Positions 14,233 through 26,907 of a DNA stretch of 64,000 nt are shown here, piece by piece. Within the stretch, counting starts at the first letter, position 1. Each line of letters begins with the position of its first letter. Both the position numbers and the translations under genes were made by a program. Under the pieces are notes generated by a model that was not told the DNA's origin, did not search any database, and saw only the letters and a program-made list of their open reading frames with translations. This stretch comes from Microthyrium microscopicum (taxonomy: Eukaryota): the NCBI GenBank assembly GCA_010405405.1, contig MU004236.1:260576-324575 (forward strand), in the 5' to 3' direction.

Positions 14233-15029
14233 AGTCTAGTAGCTCTATAAAGGCGCAAAGTATAAATAGATAAAAGAAGAACTAGAAAAGTATAGAAAAG
14301 TATGTACTAAGGAATTACTTATACTATACTACTTAATAATAGTAATAAGAGATAAGGTTATCTAGAAAAAGTTTATTATTAGGGTAAAGAAGCTCTTTAC
14401 TAAATTATATAACTTAAAATATATTACTAAATAGTACTTTTATTACTAAGTCTAGGGCTATATATAAATAGCTTATATTTAGTATAAACTAAATTATAAT
14501 AAATATATAAGTAATTATAATATTAGGGACTATACTAGAATAAGCCTAGTTTAATACTCTAACTATAAAGATAATAAGAGAGAAAGAAAGAAAAAGAAAA
14601 AGTAAGGCTAAGAATACTACGTATAGTAAAAGAATATATATAAAGTATACTAAACCTACTTTAAAAGTATAAAAAGATTCTAGGTAGTAAATAAAAAATA
14701 TATAAAATAAATAAAAGCTATAATACTTACTTAAATTATACTAATCTAGCTTATAGATAATAATAGATATACTATAGTAAATAGTATAAAGAAAAGAAAA
14801 GTAGAGACTAAGAACCTTAGAAAACTATTAATATTATAAGAAGTAAAGAATAAGATACGTAATAACTTAGTCTAGGGTACTTAGAGATTAATTATAAGTA
14901 TATTTAACTTTAATAGAGGTAATAATAGCTTATAAACTATAAGAGATAGCGCCCTAGAAGACTAATAAGAGAATAACTATAGGAGAGCAAGATAAGCTAT
15001 AGATAACCCTAAGCTAACCTTTAGTAATA

Positions 15030-18000
15030 AAATAAGCAGAATCTAAATAATAAACTTAAATAAATAGTATTAATATTATATAATATAACTATAAGAAGTT
15101 AAATAGAAGGAAAGTAAGGCTATTCTTTAATTTACTAAATAATACTAAGTAACTAATTATAGCAGTCTAAGACTCTAAAGGAATTATAAAGCTAAGGAAG
15201 ATATACTACCTCCTTAGCTACGCTCTAGTATACAACTAGGACAATTAATTAAGAGTATACTTTATAATAAGTAAGGCGCTTAATATAAGGGACTAGTAAG
15301 TAAGATATTATAACTAATTTATCTTAATACTACGCCTCTAACGTAAGTATATAATACTAATAATTATTAATATATATAGTAAAGGCCTAATAGTAAGTAA
15401 CTATAACTATATTACTAAACGCCTAATACTAATAAAGATAATTAATAAGGTAAAAGGAGAGATCCTATTAATAGAAGACTTTAACTACTACTATTATTAA
15501 TAAGGAGGCGTAGTATTAGCTACTAAACTCTAAGCAAATACCTTATTCTATAATATAATCTAATAGGGACTCTACCTAGGTATACTAGAAAGAGAGCTAA
15601 CCTATAAGTTGCGTAAGGAAAGAGAAGTAAGAGTAGTAGAGATAATAATTAACCTTACGTTTATATCCTAATTCCTTTAAGAAAGACTAGAGTTCTATAG
15701 CCTAGTTAATACCTAAATACTAATAGAAGATTATGTCCTAGTACTAATTTAGCTTACTCTAAGATAAGAGAAGTATATACTAAAAGTATAATATAATATA
15801 TAAAAACTAAATATAAAATAATTTATTAAATACGTAAATAATAGCTTATAAGATACTAAAGACATACTAATAGAGGCTCTATATAGGGTAATAATAAAAA
15901 TACTAGAGATTTACTACCTAAAAGTAAAACCCTTAAAGTAAGCTTTATATAGGTAGTTACCTATAACTATCCTATTAATATAAAGAAAGTACTATATAAG
16001 AAGAAGATACTTTTAGATAAAGAATAACTAAGATAAGTATATATATAAATTAGTTATAGTCTAGCTAAGAAAATCTCTATACTAGAATAAAGTAGTATTC
16101 TAGTAAACCTTTATAGAAGAAATTATAAAGAATTATAAGCGCTATAAGAATTAAGGCCTATAAAGAATAAGTAAGTAGATAAGAGCTAAAGCTAGCAAAC
16201 TAAAAAAAGACCTATATCTACTAGCACTTAGATAGATAACTAGTAATAACTATACTTATAATAACTAAGGTAAAGTAGATATACTATTTATAAAGTTCTT
16301 CTCTTAAACTAGAGTAGTAGACCTAAGTAATATAGAGGATACTATCCTACTCCTAGAACTAAAAATAGACTATAAGGTAATAATAAAAGAAATAGATTAC
16401 ATAATTAATAGCCTTCTAAATTATAAGGTAATAAAACCTATTAATATACTAAATAAGGTCCTAAAGGCTCTTAGACTTAAGGCGTAGCCTAAAAAGAAGA
16501 GTAATAATCTAAAACTAATAAAATTTAGTAAAAGACTAGTACCTATAATTAGTAAAATACTAATAAATAGTATAATCCTAAAATACTTAAAGCAATCCTA
16601 TATACTAGTACTAAAAAAGCTAAGTAAGAAAGACTACTTGCTACTATTAGCCTACTAGCTAATTACCTTTAAGAATACTATAGTAAAGTTAATTAAAAAG
16701 ATTATTACTAATAGACTTACTTAACTTATAGAAGATAATAACTTACTACCTTAAAACTAGATAAAGACTAAGGTAGAGTAGTTAATACTAATAGCAGTAT
16801 AGCTCCTAAGGAGTACTATTAAAGTAGTATAAAAAGGAAACATAAGAGCTATAGTATTAGTACTTAGCCTTAACCTTTAAGGAGCGTATAATAATATTAA
16901 TTTAAGGAGACTTCTTTATATCCTAGAGATAAAGGAAGTTCCCTAGTAGCTAATTAATATAGTAGTAAGCTTTATTACTAATTATATAACCTAAATTATA
17001 TTTACTAGGCACTAAAGCTTAGTAATAATAACTAATATAAAGATCCTCTAAAGATTTTCTCTTTTACCTATCCTCTTCTTCTTCTTTATATTAGAACTAC
17101 TAGAATACTTCTAGGACGTAAGTAATAATATCTTTAGATTTAAGTTTATAAATAATATTATATTAGTTATATAGGGCAATACTACTTAAGAGAACTATAT
17201 AAGACTAGAAAAGGCTTACTAGAAGTATACTAACTAGGTAAATAGATATAGCGTAAAGTTTATCCTTAATAAGTACTAAGTAATATACTTTACTTAGAAT
17301 ATCTATTACCTAAAAGTAGACTTATAATCTATAGTAATAGTAGATAATATATTTACTAAGCTTATGTTAGAGAGTATTAAGGTACTAAGTATATAAGTAG
17401 ATAGAAGAATAAACTAGAAAGACTATATTAAAAAGACTAGAATTAAAGGATTTAAGTAAGTAGTAGTACTTTTAAGAATAGTATAGTTAGGATAGAGACT
17501 AGTCTTTAGAAAAATAAAGCTTCTTTATATAGTAGTTATTAGGCTAACCCTTATATATAGAGTATAAGTATAAGGTCTAAGATTACTATTCTCTAAGGCG
17601 CTAAAGGATTATTATAAACTACTAGTAGTAGTTTAGAATAATATATTCTATAAGATAATAAGAAAGTATTAAAGAACTTCTATTACTTTATTAAATAAAG
17701 AAATAAGAATTAAACTACTCTAGATAAATACTATAGTTTTAGTAGAGGAATATACTAATAAGAATAAAGACTTAATAATAATATAAAAGATAAGTAAAAT
17801 TATTACTAAAGTATACTAAGTAAACTTCTTAAGAAACTAGAGAATACCTCCCTAATAGTAATAACTAAGAAGCCTAGTAATACTTAAACTAGTATAAATA
17901 CGTATAACTAAGGTTATAACTTAGAGAGTTAATATACTAAAGTAATAAAAGAAGAGATTAGAAATAAAGCAAAAGTAGGATACTAACTATAAGTAAGTAA

Positions 18001-18560
18001 TATAATTAATAAATAGTGTATTATAGAAGAAGAAAGAGGTAAAAACTAAACTAGAGCTAGAGATATCTTTAATTAGAGTATATTACTATAAGCTCTAAAT
18101 AAATACTTAGGTATAGCTTATAAGAATATAGTAATATACTACTATAGTGTAGAGAATATTATAAAGTAACTAACTAATTAAGCTTTATAATAGTTTTAAT
18201 AAAGTATAAGTAATAGTACTCTTCCTTATATAATTAAAAGTTATTAGACTTAATAACTAGCTATATAATATATAGGTACTAATAGTCTCTCTACTATAGT
18301 ACCTATATAGTTACTAGTAATAAATAGTTTACTATATATTACTAAACTACTTATAATATTATAGAAAAAGATTGCTAGAATAAGTAATAATACTAAATAA
18401 GGCCTATATACTCTCTAATCTAAGGAATACCTAGGTAGTAGCTAAATAGCTACTAAAGAGTAGAGCTCTTTAGTAATTTAGGCTAACTAAAAAGATTATA
18501 AAAATAAACCTTAAGGCGTATAGAGAACTACTAAGACTTAAGGATCTTATAAATAACTAA
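15030..18560 (+). pseudogene. LINE ORF2 relic (APE endonuclease, reverse transcriptase, C-terminal Cys/His knuckle)
   Basis: De-RIP'd motifs: IIAVQDP (~15156), GDFNxHH (~15473), KPGKKDYS..AYRPITL (~16617), GIPQGSPLSPILF (~17040), FVDD (~17146), CPCG...HILLNC (~18300). Confidence 0.9.
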
Positions 18561-18639
18561 CTATAATACTATAGTACTAATAAGCTAGTAATATATAATT
18601 ATAAAAGAAATAACTAAGTCTAAAAACATAATTAATTTT

Positions 18640-19560
18640 ATTCTATATCTATCTACTACTCTTTATTAAATAATAATACTACCCTACTTAATAACTAGGA
18701 TATTTCTACTAATAAATTTATCTTTACGTTTTAAGTATAAAGCTTTAGCAAGATAGCTTATAAATAAGCTAAATTAGTAGCTAGTATAGCTATATTAATC
18801 TTTAGCTTCTTCTTCTTCTACTATGCTAGTAAGGCTATAGTAAAAGCAAACTAGGCCCTATAGCTAGTAAACTTATCTATTAAATCCTCTATAACCTCTA
18901 CCTACTTAGTAGCCTTCTTATCTATACTTAATAATATATACTCCTTAATACCTTAATAGGAATTAACTAGGTTAGTTATTACCTTATTAAAGGCGTATTA
19001 AAGGCGCTTACCTTACTTTTTTAACTCTACTAGTACTTTACTATAATATTAAAAAAGGTAGAAGATTAAGAGTAAGGATATACTTATAGCCTTATACTTA
19101 GAACGTTACTCTTTATAATAAGAATAAGGACGCTAGCTAAGGCTAGCCTAATTATAAATATAGGTAATTACTATAGTAAGTATACTAAAACTAATTAGGT
19201 ACTTATTATTAAGTAACTCTACGTAATAGTATAATACTTAAAGATAATATAAATAAATTCTTATGCTAGGGGCGTATATAGTCTATATTATAATAGTTAA
19301 TACTATATATAAAAGAATACTAAAAGACTTACGATAGGAGCTAGGATAGAATTAGCTAATTTTATATTTAAAGATAAAGTAGTATTTTTAATATTTATAG
19401 ATGAAGTAGTTTTTACCTTCTTTAAAAATAATAAAAAAGGGATACTTATAGGCGTAGGACGTTTACTAAGTACTTAAAGATAAGAGAAAGAGGGAAGAGA
19501 AGAGCCTATAAAGGACTTACCCTTAAAAGAAGAATTAGAGAGAGTAAGAGGTATAATAAA
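18640..19560 (-). pseudogene. Antisense multi-intron passenger gene relic in the LINE 3' region
   Basis: Minus-strand GTAAGT donors at 19520 and 19332. Branch/acceptor GCTAAT..TAG ending 19341. 8-nt micro-exon 19340-19333. Introns 19332-19283 (50 nt) and 19087-19041 (47 nt). Last exon ~130 codons with only TAA/TAG stops. Confidence 0.65.
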
Positions 19561-20559
19561 AACTTAGAAAGGAAGAAGTAACTAAAACTATATAGATTTA
19601 AGATACTTTATACTCTAGAGGTAGACTATATAAACTACTAGAAACTTAAAGGCTACTATTTAGTAGCCTATTATGTAATATTAAAGAGCATAGATTAATA
19701 AGAAAAACTTAGTTAAAAGATATTATAAGTACCTTACTTAATAGGCATTAAAAAAGAGGGCTTAATATAGCTAAGGGACGCTATAATACTAGAGCTTATT
19801 AAGGGTAAAAATTAATTATAAAAACTTAAGAATATGTATTATATACGCCTATTATAAAACTATATAGAAAGTTAACTATATAAGGATAATAGCTATAAGC
19901 CTCTAAGAAGGAGAAGATTAATAAAAACTTATTAAACTATAATAGTAAAACTTAATAATAAGGTAATACTAAATAGAAATAGGCGCTAAAAAGCTAGATC
20001 TAACTTATCCTAAGGGACGCTATAGCTTTAAGTAATTAGGTAATAGATAAGCCCTAAAAGGAAAACTAGTAATAGGGATAGTATTAAGGATTAAGATCTT
20101 AGCGCGTAGTATAGAATCTATATAATATATAGTATACTTAAGCTATATAGGGCCCCTAGTAGTTAGTAACTACCTATTACCTACTATATTAACTTACTAA
20201 CTAGAATTTCTTTAATAAGCTTTATAGTTTATAGAGAGATAATATAAGTCCTTCTATTTAGAAGTAGTAGACTAAGAGGGTGTTATAATAATACTAAAAC
20301 GAGGCTGCTAAAAGGCAACTAAAGGAACACTATAGGTTTCCCTATAGGAGGTTTTTCTAAAAGTAAGAGTAGCGTCTACATAGCTCATTAGTATAGCTAA
20401 AAGACAATAAACAAGATTCATTATTATAGTTTACTAGGATTTAATAATAGGGTCTTTCTTTTTAATATTCTTTAGCTATACTATAAGTATAATAAAAGCT
20501 AGTAATATATAAATAGCTTAAAAGTATACTAGTATAACGTAGCCTTTATAGACTACTTT

Positions 20560-23050
20560 TTTATATTTAAGGCGCTTAATATAATAATATAAATATCTAA
20601 TAATAACCTCTTTATTCTTATAAAAAGTCTTCTTAGCTTTTTACTTATTAGTTTTAATATTAAGTAGTTAAGTATTAGGTTAGTTATTCTAACGTTTCTT
20701 TTGTTTATTTTGCGCTTTATTCTTATTTAGCTTCTCTTTATAGCTTAGTAAAGAAGTATCTAGTTTAATAGATAGTAGTTATCTTTATCTTAAGTTTCCT
20801 TAATAAAGGACTATTAACCTTAACGTACGTACGTAAATACTATAGCTAATTAAGTAACCTTAGCTTTAATCTTTTAATTAGATAATAATTCTTAACCCTT
20901 ATAAGATAGGTTCTTAGTATTAGTATAATGTCCTTTTTTACTATAATAAATATAACGTTTCTTAGCCTTTAGTACTTAGAATATATTTAGGAGTTAAGAA
21001 ATATTATTATTTTTAGCGTTAATATTATTTTCTTAATTAAAAGATTAATTATTTTTTTAACGTAAGTTATTCTAATATAGGTTACTATTATTTAAATTTA
21101 CGTTAATATTTAGTTTATAGTTAATATAATAACTAACATTATAAAGTTAGGTATAAAAGGTAGTAAAGTCTTTAATATTATAAGTTACTAAGGGATTTAT
21201 AAACTTTTTTAGAATTAGATCTTTAAGTTTAATAATCTTTTTACGTTCGTTAAGTTCTATATCTATAAAGTTAGCTTTAAATTATCCTAGGAACCCTTAA
21301 AGAGTCTTAGAATCTTTTATCTTAGCTTTAGGTAACTTTAACTAAGCTTTAGTATCCTTAAAACCGTTTTTAGAATAGAAATAGCTATCTAGATTAGCCT
21401 ATATCTTATTTATATACTTATATAAATTCTTTAATTCTTTACCTTCTTAAATAATAGTAAGATTATAGGTAGTATTAATAAGGCGTTAGTAAATAAACTT
21501 AATCTTTTTCTTTTTTATTAGGATATATAAATATGCCTTATTATTAAGTAGAATATTAAGTATCTTCTCTTTCTATATCTTATACTTAGTTATATTAATT
21601 TTAGTAAAGTTACTAAGTTTCTTAAAATAAAGGTAACTACCTATTATGCTTATAGTAGTTAATAATAGAGTTAGATATTATATACCTATAGGTTAGATAT
21701 TACTTAATACTACTAAACGTATAGAATTTAATATATAATAACTTAAAATAGCGTTATTTTCTAAATCTTTATAATTAATATAAAGAGGTAGTACTATAAT
21801 TAATACTACTTATAGCTATTTTTCTAATTTAGTAATTTTAGTACGTAGTAAGCTAACTAATTCTTAATATTAAAGGTTAGTAGCTTGTTTAGTCTCTAGC
21901 TTTATAATAGCCTATTATTTAGACTAGCGTGCTATATTTAATTTAATAGCATAATTATATTATAACTAATTAATATAGGCTTAAACGTCCTTTATTAAAC
22001 GTTATTAATCTATAGCTTTATTCTATAAGGTTTTAAATAACTTCTTAAGACAAGCTATATTAAAGTTTAATTCTAGAAAATTCTTTATAATAATATCCTA
22101 TACTAATCTTAAAGACTAATAGTAGAGAGCTATAGTCTATAATATTACTAACATAGTATAAAGTTATTTAAAGAAATCTTTAGGATAGCTAAACTTAATA
22201 TAATAGTATAAGAAATCTTTCTCTTTAATAGTAAGGTATTAATTCTATACTAGGTTTAATAAGTTTACTTCATCTTAGTAAATTACTAATACTTATTTCT
22301 CTTATTTTAGTTTAATTCTATATAAGGCCTATATAAATAAAGGCTTATCTACTACTAATAAAGCAACATTATAGTTTAGGTTTATAAATATAATAGGTAA
22401 ATAAGAAAGAAATCCTAAAGGGACGTTTAGAAGGTTAGGTTAACTAAGTAGTAAATCTAACTAGAGTTATATATCTTTTAGAAGATATGCTTTATTATTA
22501 TCTAACGCTTTTACTATACGTTCTTTTTTTTTAATTACTTTTACTACAAAAGGGCTAGCAATCTAGGTAATACTAGAGGTTAATACCTCTTTCTTTAATC
22601 CTAGCTCTTTTATTAATACTATAATAAGTACTACTTTAGAAGCTTTCTCTACTTCCTAAATATCTATAGCGTTCTAATATAGGAATTTAGCGTCTTTATT
22701 ATTAGAGGGTCTTTTATCTTTTTTAAGTATTAGAAGAAGTTTAATAGTATCTTAAACCTTAAGTAGTTTATATTAAAGGATTAACTATAAGGTTAATATC
22801 TAATTAGCTTCTATATCTAATATAACTAACGTAGCCTTTAAGAAGCGTCTATATAAGTTATAAAAAGGTAGAGAACGCTCTAGTAAATAAGATTATAAGT
22901 ACTTATATTTAAGATAGAGAAAATAAGGCAACGTACTATAATTAGCACGCTAGTTATTCTTATAATCTATAATAATATTATTTTTATCGTTATTAGAACT
23001 AATCTAATAGAATAATAAATATTTTTAGATAAGGAATAGAGTATATATAA
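20560..23050 (-). pseudogene. gag: gag relic of element A
   Basis: Lies between the 5' LTR and the LINE insertion; colinear with the gag region of element C (~41550-44000); ends approximate. Confidence 0.75.
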
Positions 23051-23365
23051 GTAGATAGTAAGTAGAGAGAATATAGAAACGCTTCTATAGATTATTAATA
23101 GAAGAACATAATAGAGTAAATACTTTAACTACTTTATACTCTTTATTTTAGTAAACGATACTAAAAAGGCGCTTATTTAATTAGGTATTTATAGCTTTGC
23201 TAGTACCTTCTATAAGAATCTAAATAGCGCTAATTCTAACTAAGAATAGTACTATTAATTTATTATTATTATTTAGTAGATTTAAGTATAACTTTAGCTA
23301 GTAATAATCTAGTAATATATAATAAACACATAGAGTTATTTTTTAGTATAAAGGTATATAAATTA

Positions 23366-23587
23366 TATAAGGAGCTATTAGGCACGATTAGGTAAGTAAA
23401 ATATAGCTAGTATTATAGGATCTATATATAAAGAGAAGAGATCTAGAGATAAAGCTATAAATGCAAAGATATAGGGCCTAAGGGATCCTTAGACACACTA
23501 ACCCTAAACGGGATAAAGAGATCTTATCTATAGGATTAGATCTCTAGATTTAATACCAAAACACTAAACCTATAAGGATTCCTTACA
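23366..23587 (-). repeat. 5' LTR of element A
   Basis: Direct repeat of 1015-1236; ends CCTTACA on +. Confidence 0.95.
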
Positions 23588-23681
23588 CTATAAATAGTTA
23601 ATTATAAACTAAAACTAACTTACTAGCTTATAATAGCTATATTTATTAGTATAATATAGTATAAATATTATCTTATTCTCT

Positions 23682-23756
23682 NNNNNNNNNNNNNNNNNNN
23701 NNNNNNNNNNNNNNNNNNNNNNNNNNNNNNNNNNNNNNNNNNNNNNNNNNNNNNNN
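23682..23756. other. Assembly gap (75 N)
   Basis: Run of N. Confidence 1.
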
Positions 23757-24008
23757 CTATAGTTTTTATTAAAAAATAATTAAGTTTAGTATAAAAACTA
23801 GTATTTACTATTATACTATTATAATAGTAATTATAATAGTTTTTACTAGAGTAGTATTATTAAATACTAGTATTAGAATAAAGTAATCTTAGAGCATACT
23901 AGATAGTAGTATAGTAGAATAGCGCTAAAATTTTCTCGTACTAGTATTAGAATAGAGTAGACTAGACTAATAATAGAGTAGTTTATACTAAGTAGTTTAC
24001 CAACCCTG
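23757..24008. mobile_element. Terminus of a probable hAT-like DNA transposon
   Basis: The AT block ends at GTTTACCAACCCTG (reverse complement CAGGGTTGGTAAAC, a hAT-like start). Subterminal direct repeat TACTAGTATTAGAATA at 23865-23880 and 23939-23954. The partner end is not visible. Confidence 0.5.
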
Positions 24009-25962
24009 GTTGTTGCTTGATCTTGTGGGAGTTGGCGATGTCTTGAAATTTGTAGTAGCGGAAGGAAGCATTAACCGCAGCGAAGTTGTATATCATTCAA
24101 ATTTGTACAAAGTTTAAGACTCTGAGATTAGATCATTTAGTGAACATGAATCAAGTTATGGATGACTTTATAGTTCTAGCCAATATTGGCTGAAGTAAGT
24201 GTACTCCATAATCCATATGAATCGTTTATGTTTCTATGACTTGCGACATAAAGTTCTAGTATCAGTTGTATCAGAATGAGATGTGCCAAAAGGATTTACT
24301 ATTCTATAGTACTTTCATCGATTTCAGTCATTCAGCTGCATCACCTCATAACTCTCTGTCAAAGGATGAATTGCCATATATGGGATCAACAGTCCCATAC
24401 TCAAAGTAGTATCTCATCCCGACCATCCATCTCATATTTAGCTTACCTAACTTCAGTATATTCGTGTTCTTTAATAACGAGCTTCCGTAGCTTACGGCAA
24501 AACAGCCCAATATCAGACCAACGACCTCCCAAGCACGCGACCAATCCAGCATACCAAACCTCTTCACCGCCCATATCCACACAAAAGCAAGTGACAAAAC
24601 TTAACTTCGTCCTAAGAATATAGTCGTCCAAACCTTCTTCTAATATACCACCCGGAAATCCATTTCCCATACAAACTTCAAGAAAGTCTAATCTCCACAC
24701 ACTCATATCAATATCAATGACATATGTAACAACAACTTTTCCCCACGCATAAGCATCTTATCAAAATCTGGTCCCCCTATGCATCTCGCTACCCAACAAT
24801 CTTCACACACACACACTTCCCCATACTCAAGTCATATCGACCTTGTCTGCATATCAACTTTATCTCTACACCAACTCTACATCATACATACCGTATGAAA
24901 TAACCTATCCATTAGTTCCGTAAATCCGCAATACCACACCCACCCACTCATCTCCTACCCGATCCACCGCGGATCCTATTCGGCGCTTCAATCGGAGATT
25001 CGGTGTGTGGAGTTTTCACCTGACCCACAGTGCCAACACCGAACCAACGTCCCCCTCGTTTGTCGCACGTTTGTTCCTAGCGTGCCAGTGAATTAAGAAA
25101 GTACCCGGGACCGGGCGTTGGAAGAAATGCGTGTTGTGTGGGTTGTGCGCAAGCAGACTAGTACAAAGTACACGCGGAAATAACGTTTTTTTTTACGCGC
25201 AACGCGGAAATTGTAAAGACGTGGATATGTTTGGTACGGTACGGGGGGTGTGGAAACCACGTTTAGACTTTGGAGCCGCAGTTTTTTGAGCTGGACTATT
25301 TAAGGGTACCGCTGTATAAAAGTGGGACGTGTATGGGGAGATTGACTTCCAAAATTGTTGTTCAGGCGGAGGAAAATGTGGTAGCGAGGAGAAAAGTGTC
25401 TTGAAAGTGTCATATGGTTGATGCTGGTGGTGGTGTGGAGAAGGTTTTATGGTGAATATCATGTGAATTGTTAATTTCGCTACCGCTTTATGCTTAATGG
25501 TACTGTCCCAAATCTTCTCCTCCTCATCAATGGTATTACCGAGATGTGGTGTCTTCATTCTCCCTCTTTCTTCCGTGTACAATGCATATGCTCGTTTTCC
25601 TGTAAGAACATGATTCTCAGGATTACATATCCTTCGCTGTGATACAAGAAAAGATAAGATCGTATGTGAGACAACCACCGTAAAGGTCAAAAACTCCAGA
25701 ATCCGAGTGGATTCAATCATTAGTGCAAATGCAGTCCATAGAATGCACTTCCGCAACGCCATGCCAGTGTAAAGAAGATAAAATGTTGCAGTGCTGGGGA
25801 AAACAGATAGGGCCCGAGATAAAATGCTGGTGAAATATGCCTGCTGTCTGGGTTTATGCCGTTCGCTAAGTCTAGTTTTGAGGTACCGAAACTCGAGGAT
25901 AGGCCGTTATGGGGGTATAATAGGATGTTATCGTGGATGTTGGAGCTCGCGGATACAGACGA

Positions 25963-26907
25963 CTACTGGTGGTACCGATAAGCATGGGAGAGTTGGGTTG
26001 GACTGGATATGGAGGCTCGCCGAAGAGCGGCGCCTTCTGTGTCCTCCTTCATGTATGCGTCAAAGGCGGGATCAGATGCCATATTGGAGCCAGGCGATAA
26101 ATCTCGAGCAGCGGTATTCAGACGGTGAACAATATCCTCGTCAGGCGTCTCGATATCTGTATCGCTGCCCGAATCTGCAGCACTCGTTGCTGAACTCGAT
26201 GGGGCGGTCGATGGTGCACTAGACTCTTCCACATCCATCATATCAGTGTCTCGCAATGATGGCATAGACATCGGAACGAATCTCGCTGGAGCAGTTCGAA
26301 CAGGGCTCATCATGGACAATGGCAGCGATGTGGGCAATGGCAACGCCACTGTGGTTGGCATTTGACGAGCAGTCGCTCTCTGCGCGTGAATGCGGCCAAA
26401 CGCATCGGCGCGGTTGAAAGCATCGACAATTTCGACCTGGATATCCGTCTTGACCTTGATTGCTGGAGCTGGTCGTTTGCTCACGCTCATCCGCTTGCGC
26501 TTTGTAGTAACAGGAGAATGCCAGGATCGGATATCGTTGCCGGTAGTGTCCATAACTTTGATTCCCTCGTCTCGCTCATAGCGCTGGCGCGCCCATAGAG
26601 TGCCTTCCCATTTGCAAAGGTCGCTGATTTCGGTGGGTGTGAGTTGCAGGTCGTCAAAAGCGCGGAATAGGCGAGCGTGGTGTTGGAAATTCGCGAGCCG
26701 TTTCCGGTGCGGTGGATGTGAGTAGTTGAGTCCTGGATATTTGGCTTCTATGGTATCAAGACCGCCGTAAAAGCGTTGTGTCTCGATTCGTACTTCGGTG
26801 ATTAGATGTCGAATTAAATGTTGAGGGAAATCCGGAGGGTCTGCCGATGTTGGCGTGGGATAGAGTTGCTGGTAGACCAACATGGCAATTGGGTGTTGTC
26901 GCCGCAT
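25963..26907 (-). CDS. Conserved fungal hypothetical protein
   Basis: 323-aa ORF (start at 26934 or MRRQ at 26907). The N-terminal motif set (EVRIET..FYG..D.IEA.YPGL.Y..PPHR.RL..F..H.RLF..FD.L.LT..EI...C.WEGT.WAR.RYE.DEG) is one I recall from Pezizomycotina hypothetical proteins. Low-complexity C-terminus. Confidence 0.85.
   Translation of the reverse strand: MRRQHPIAMLVYQQLYPTPTSADPPDFPQHLIRHLITEVRIETQRFYGGLDTIEAKYPGLNYSHPPHRKRLANFQHHARLFRAFDDLQLTPTEISDLCKWEGTLWARQRYERDEGIKVMDTTGNDIRSWHSPVTTKRKRMSVSKRPAPAIKVKTDIQVEIVDAFNRADAFGRIHAQRATARQMPTTVALPLPTSLPLSMMSPVRTAPARFVPMSMPSLRDTDMMDVEESSAPSTAPSSSATSAADSGSDTDIETPDEDIVHRLNTAARDLSPGSNMASDPAFDAYMKEDTEGAALRRASISSPTQLSHAYRYHQ

Larger units (their letters stand above)
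5800..14870 (+). pseudogene. LINE ORF1 (gag-like) relic, split by element B
   Basis: Zinc knuckle de-RIPs to QCFHCQVWGHTQxAC at ~14432-14476, with further Cys-rich knuckles downstream; ends approximate. Confidence 0.7.
5585..20419 (+). mobile_element. Tad-like non-LTR retrotransposon (LINE), ~7.1 kb net, interrupted by element B
   Basis: ORF1 relic with CCHC knuckles and ORF2 relic with APE and RT motifs. AATAAA at ~20406 just before the end. Candidate TSD ATTATTA (5578-5584 / 20420-20426). Element A sequence resumes on both sides. Confidence 0.88.
1015..23587 (-). mobile_element. Ty3/Gypsy chromovirus-type LTR retrotransposon A (RIP'd, ~7.7 kb net, interrupted by LINE)
   Basis: 222-bp LTRs at 1015-1236 and 23366-23587 with TG...CA ends (partly RIP'd) and 5-bp TSD CTATA (1010-1014, 23588-23592). 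PPT next to the left LTR (1241-1250, minus strand). RT motif de-RIPs to IYLDDILV at ~4243-4266. Confidence 0.95.
1..24008. other. AT-rich RIP-mutated transposon block 1
   Basis: Very AT-rich, CpA/TpG strongly depleted and TpA enriched. No ORF in the supplied track. Abrupt switch to ordinary GC at ~24000. Confidence 0.97.

Noticed and set aside
24276..24900. Short overlapping ORFs next to block 1 (possible effector or decayed gene)
   Set aside because: No signal peptide, no consistent splice model, and stops immediately upstream; cannot support a CDS call.
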